64,000 bases of DNA from Candidatus Undinarchaeales archaeon (GTDB taxonomy: Archaea > SpSt-1190 > JASMDC01): contig JASMDC010000002.1 of NCBI GenBank assembly GCA_030753015.1, forward strand, positions 1-64,000, in the 5' to 3' direction. A program made the translations under genes and the position numbers. Position 1 is the stretch's first letter. Each line of letters starts with the position of its first letter. Under the pieces are notes generated by a model. It did not search any database, was not told the origin of the DNA, and saw only the letters and a program-made list of their open reading frames with translations. Below, piece after piece: positions 61,506 through 64,000 of this stretch.

Positions 61506-62792
61506 TTACACCAGATACTCCATATTGGTAGATTTCTCGATGACATAGGATGCCAGGTCCTCGCCGTCGTTCACGGCATCGATCTGGACGTCGGCGCCGG
61601 AGCGGCCACTGTACACGCGCGCTTCCAGACGCTCGCGTACATCGTCCGGAATCTTGAGGTCATCGAGGACCGGCTTGATCTTCTCGTATGTCTCCTTGAT
61701 AGCGTCCTTAGCTGCGACCTCTACATCCTGGCCGTCCTTGGAATAGGTGATCGTGCCGTCCATGCCACCGTAGCCCACCTCGTCGATGTTCTTCTTGAGG
61801 ACATCGTTGTCCATCGCGATATCGTACGCGGGGCGGTGATCGGCCAGCCATGTGTCCGATGCGTCCAGCTGTGAGCTGAGCTGGGCGTACTGCTGGTCGC
61901 CGTCGGTCTCCTTACCGAAGAACTTGCGGATGCCCCGGCCCATGGCCGAGAAGATACCGGCATGGTAGACCTGTTCCAGCTGATCCTGCAGGTCGTTGCG
62001 CTCATGCTCTTTGTTGGCGAGTTCGGTCCAGTCGTAGTTACCGCTGGCCATTTCCTTCTTGGCGAACTCAGCGATGCCCCATATGAACGCGGCCACCGCG
62101 ACGTCCTCCTCGGCAGTGAGCTGGGCGTCGGGGCAGCGCACCTCCACGGTCCCCTTGAGCCGGTCGGAGTCCTTCTCTCCGGCGATGACGACCCCGCGGC
62201 CGTCCCAGCGCTCGCGCTTGAAGCTCAGGACCTCGGAGTGGGCCCGGTCCTCGTCGCCGTACACCACCGGATCGTTCGGGATGGTGCGGCCGTACTGCGT
62301 ACCGCCCATATTGGTGGAGTATATGCGGGCGTCCTTGCACCACTTACCCAGTGTGCCCTTCTTTGGCGAGTTGGAGGCGAGGGCGATGATCTCGGGGAGG
62401 TGGGCCCGCAGGGCCTTGGTGACGAACAGCGCCTCACGGTCGTCGGCAGCGCCGACGTGGGTGTGCATGGCCATGTAGCCGCCCTTGTCCGGATGGCGTG
62501 CTGCGGTCATGATCTTGTAGCCGCGGCCGGTGGCCTCGTCACGTACCTTCGTGACCATCTCTTTCATTTCGGTGTTCAGGTCAGTTAGGTTTTCGTAGGG
62601 GTGCGAGTTGATCTCGATACCCCAAACGCTGAATCCGAGCGCTGACGGGTAGTCGTGGTTGATACGGTCGTCGCTGCACGCGTTCTCGATCGAAGTGCAG
62701 TCAACGGGATTGCCATTGGGATCGACGATGATGAACTCCTTCTCCATGCCGATGGTGTGGCCGTCGTTCAGCTTGCCCCACGACATGATCAT
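61506..62792 (-). CDS. GCS2/YbdK-like ligase, divergent paralog 7
   Basis: TIGMEKEFIIVD, IEINSHP, MHTHVG, ALASNSP, GTVEVRCPDAQ, EEDVAVAAFIWGIAE, GRSGAD. Confidence 0.85.
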   Translation of the reverse strand: MIMSWGKLNDGHTIGMEKEFIIVDPNGNPVDCTSIENACSDDRINHDYPSALGFSVWGIEINSHPYENLTDLNTEMKEMVTKVRDEATGRGYKIMTAARHPDKGGYMAMHTHVGAADDREALFVTKALRAHLPEIIALASNSPKKGTLGKWCKDARIYSTNMGGTQYGRTIPNDPVVYGDEDRAHSEVLSFKRERWDGRGVVIAGEKDSDRLKGTVEVRCPDAQLTAEEDVAVAAFIWGIAEFAKKEMASGNYDWTELANKEHERNDLQDQLEQVYHAGIFSAMGRGIRKFFGKETDGDQQYAQLSSQLDASDTWLADHRPAYDIAMDNDVLKKNIDEVGYGGMDGTITYSKDGQDVEVAAKDAIKETYEKIKPVLDDLKIPDDVRERLEARVYSGRSGADVQIDAVNDGEDLASYVIEKSTNMEYLV

Positions 62793-63781
62793 TCCCCTCC
62801 GTGGAACTCTTTCTCCAGCTCCACCGAATACTCGACGATCTGGCGCACTGCGTCCCTGCCATGGCCGGTGCTGCGCTCGAGATTGTAGAATCCACCAGGG
62901 GCGGAGTTAAGTTCCAGCACGATGTAGTCGACGTTACCGTCCTTATCGTATCGCTCCAGGATGTCCACACCGGAGAAGTGCAGGCCGTCACCCATGGCCT
63001 TCACGGCCTCGACCGCCAGCTCTGCGACCTTCTGGTATTCATTATCAGGGACCTTCTCTCCATGGCCACCGTTGTGGATGTTAGTGATCCAGTCGTTGTT
63101 GACACGATACATGGCGCCGATGCACTCGTCGCCCACCACGTATGCCCGGATGTCCCGAAAGCTCTGGTGCGGCCAGTACTTGAACACGTCCTCCTGGACG
63201 ATGTCCGTGCCCAGATTCACCTGCTTGAGCGCCTCTTCGGCGGTGTCCACCTTGCGGATGCCCTTGCCGCCGAAACCATTGGAGGGCTTGAGCACGTAGG
63301 GGCCCTCGACACGTTCGCAGAACTCACGGATATCATCGTAAGAATGAGGGATGACCGTCTCGGCCACGGGCACATCGGCCTGCTCCAGCAGCTGCTGGGT
63401 GCGCACCTTGCTCCCAGTGACCGGGTACATGTCCGGATCGTTGAGAACAAGAGTGCCGTTGGCCTCGAACTCGCGCAGGATGCCCGAGGGGGGCCCGGCC
63501 ATGAAGTTGATAATGACGTCGGGATCGCCGCCCAGCTCCTTGCGGATCTTCTGCTTGACGTGGCCGCCGCCGCTGTAGTGCTTGGGGAACTTCGCGTGCG
63601 CGCCGCGTACGCCGTCCATGGAGTTGACCGCTTCATCGAAGTACCGTCCCAAGGAGGAGTTCATGGAGTTGTCGATATTGTCATGATAGAGCACCTTGAT
63701 GGACTCGTCATCGAGTTCGAACCCGGTGAGCTTGTCCAACAGGTCGCGCCAACCGCTTATCGTGGCCACTTCCTGTGACAT
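62789..63781 (-). CDS. RimK/LysX-family ATP-grasp amide ligase
   Basis: VLKPSNGFGGKGI, IVQE, DIRAYVVG, AMYR, WITNIHNGG, GVDIL, VLELNSAPG. Start uncertain (ATG 63781; frame open to 63850). Overlaps the next gene by 4 nt. Confidence 0.9.
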   Translation of the reverse strand: MSQEVATISGWRDLLDKLTGFELDDESIKVLYHDNIDNSMNSSLGRYFDEAVNSMDGVRGAHAKFPKHYSGGGHVKQKIRKELGGDPDVIINFMAGPPSGILREFEANGTLVLNDPDMYPVTGSKVRTQQLLEQADVPVAETVIPHSYDDIREFCERVEGPYVLKPSNGFGGKGIRKVDTAEEALKQVNLGTDIVQEDVFKYWPHQSFRDIRAYVVGDECIGAMYRVNNDWITNIHNGGHGEKVPDNEYQKVAELAVEAVKAMGDGLHFSGVDILERYDKDGNVDYIVLELNSAPGGFYNLERSTGHGRDAVRQIVEYSVELEKEFHGGE

Positions 63782-64000
63782 CGATGAGCTGATGGGCACG
63801 TTAGTTTGCGCATAGGTATTCCCTATTCCTTTGGATGTAAAGAGCTGCACGTCCCGGTGTTTTTAAAGATTTCGAAACCGTGCGGTAGTAACACTTAATA
63901 TATCTCCCCCCGAAACACTGACGGCGGCCAATCCCGGCCATAGTCTTTTATATCTCGGCTTGGTCTTGAAAGGCCGTGCGCATCTCCATCGTCATACCGG

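Overview
Archaeal chromosomal window of high GC. The archaeal call rests on TFB, archaeal-type PheRS and TrpRS, sn-glycerol-1-phosphate dehydrogenase, MC1 and TATA/BRE promoters; I cannot assign the lineage from sequence alone. Left part (1-16.3 kb): MC1, a Pro/Thr-linker lipoprotein, a B12 radical SAM enzyme, an internally deleted lipoate-protein ligase remnant, a fused LeuC/LeuD-type aconitase, DUF192, NAD kinase, moeA, wtpABC, a Cys-repeat surface protein and tfb. Middle (16.6-42.5 kb): one 25-kb gene for an 8347-aa modular surface protein. It begins 2 nt after an AbrB/PIN toxin-antitoxin pair whose promoter carries an inverted-repeat operator. Next is a housekeeping operon (radical SAM-HhH, egsA, trpS, pheS, pheT). 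Right part (51.3-63.8 kb) is the most unusual: six tandem, diverged glutamate-cysteine-ligase-2 (GCS2/YbdK-like) paralogs, each with an amphipathic C-terminal helix, then two tandem nitrilase-superfamily hydrolases. These face a convergent three-gene operon of a RimK-type ATP-grasp ligase, a seventh GCS2 paralog and a metallo-amidohydrolase. Together they look like an expanded amide 'write/erase' system of unknown substrate. I saw no rRNA, tRNA, CRISPR array or transposase. All family calls are from motif recognition, not database searches.
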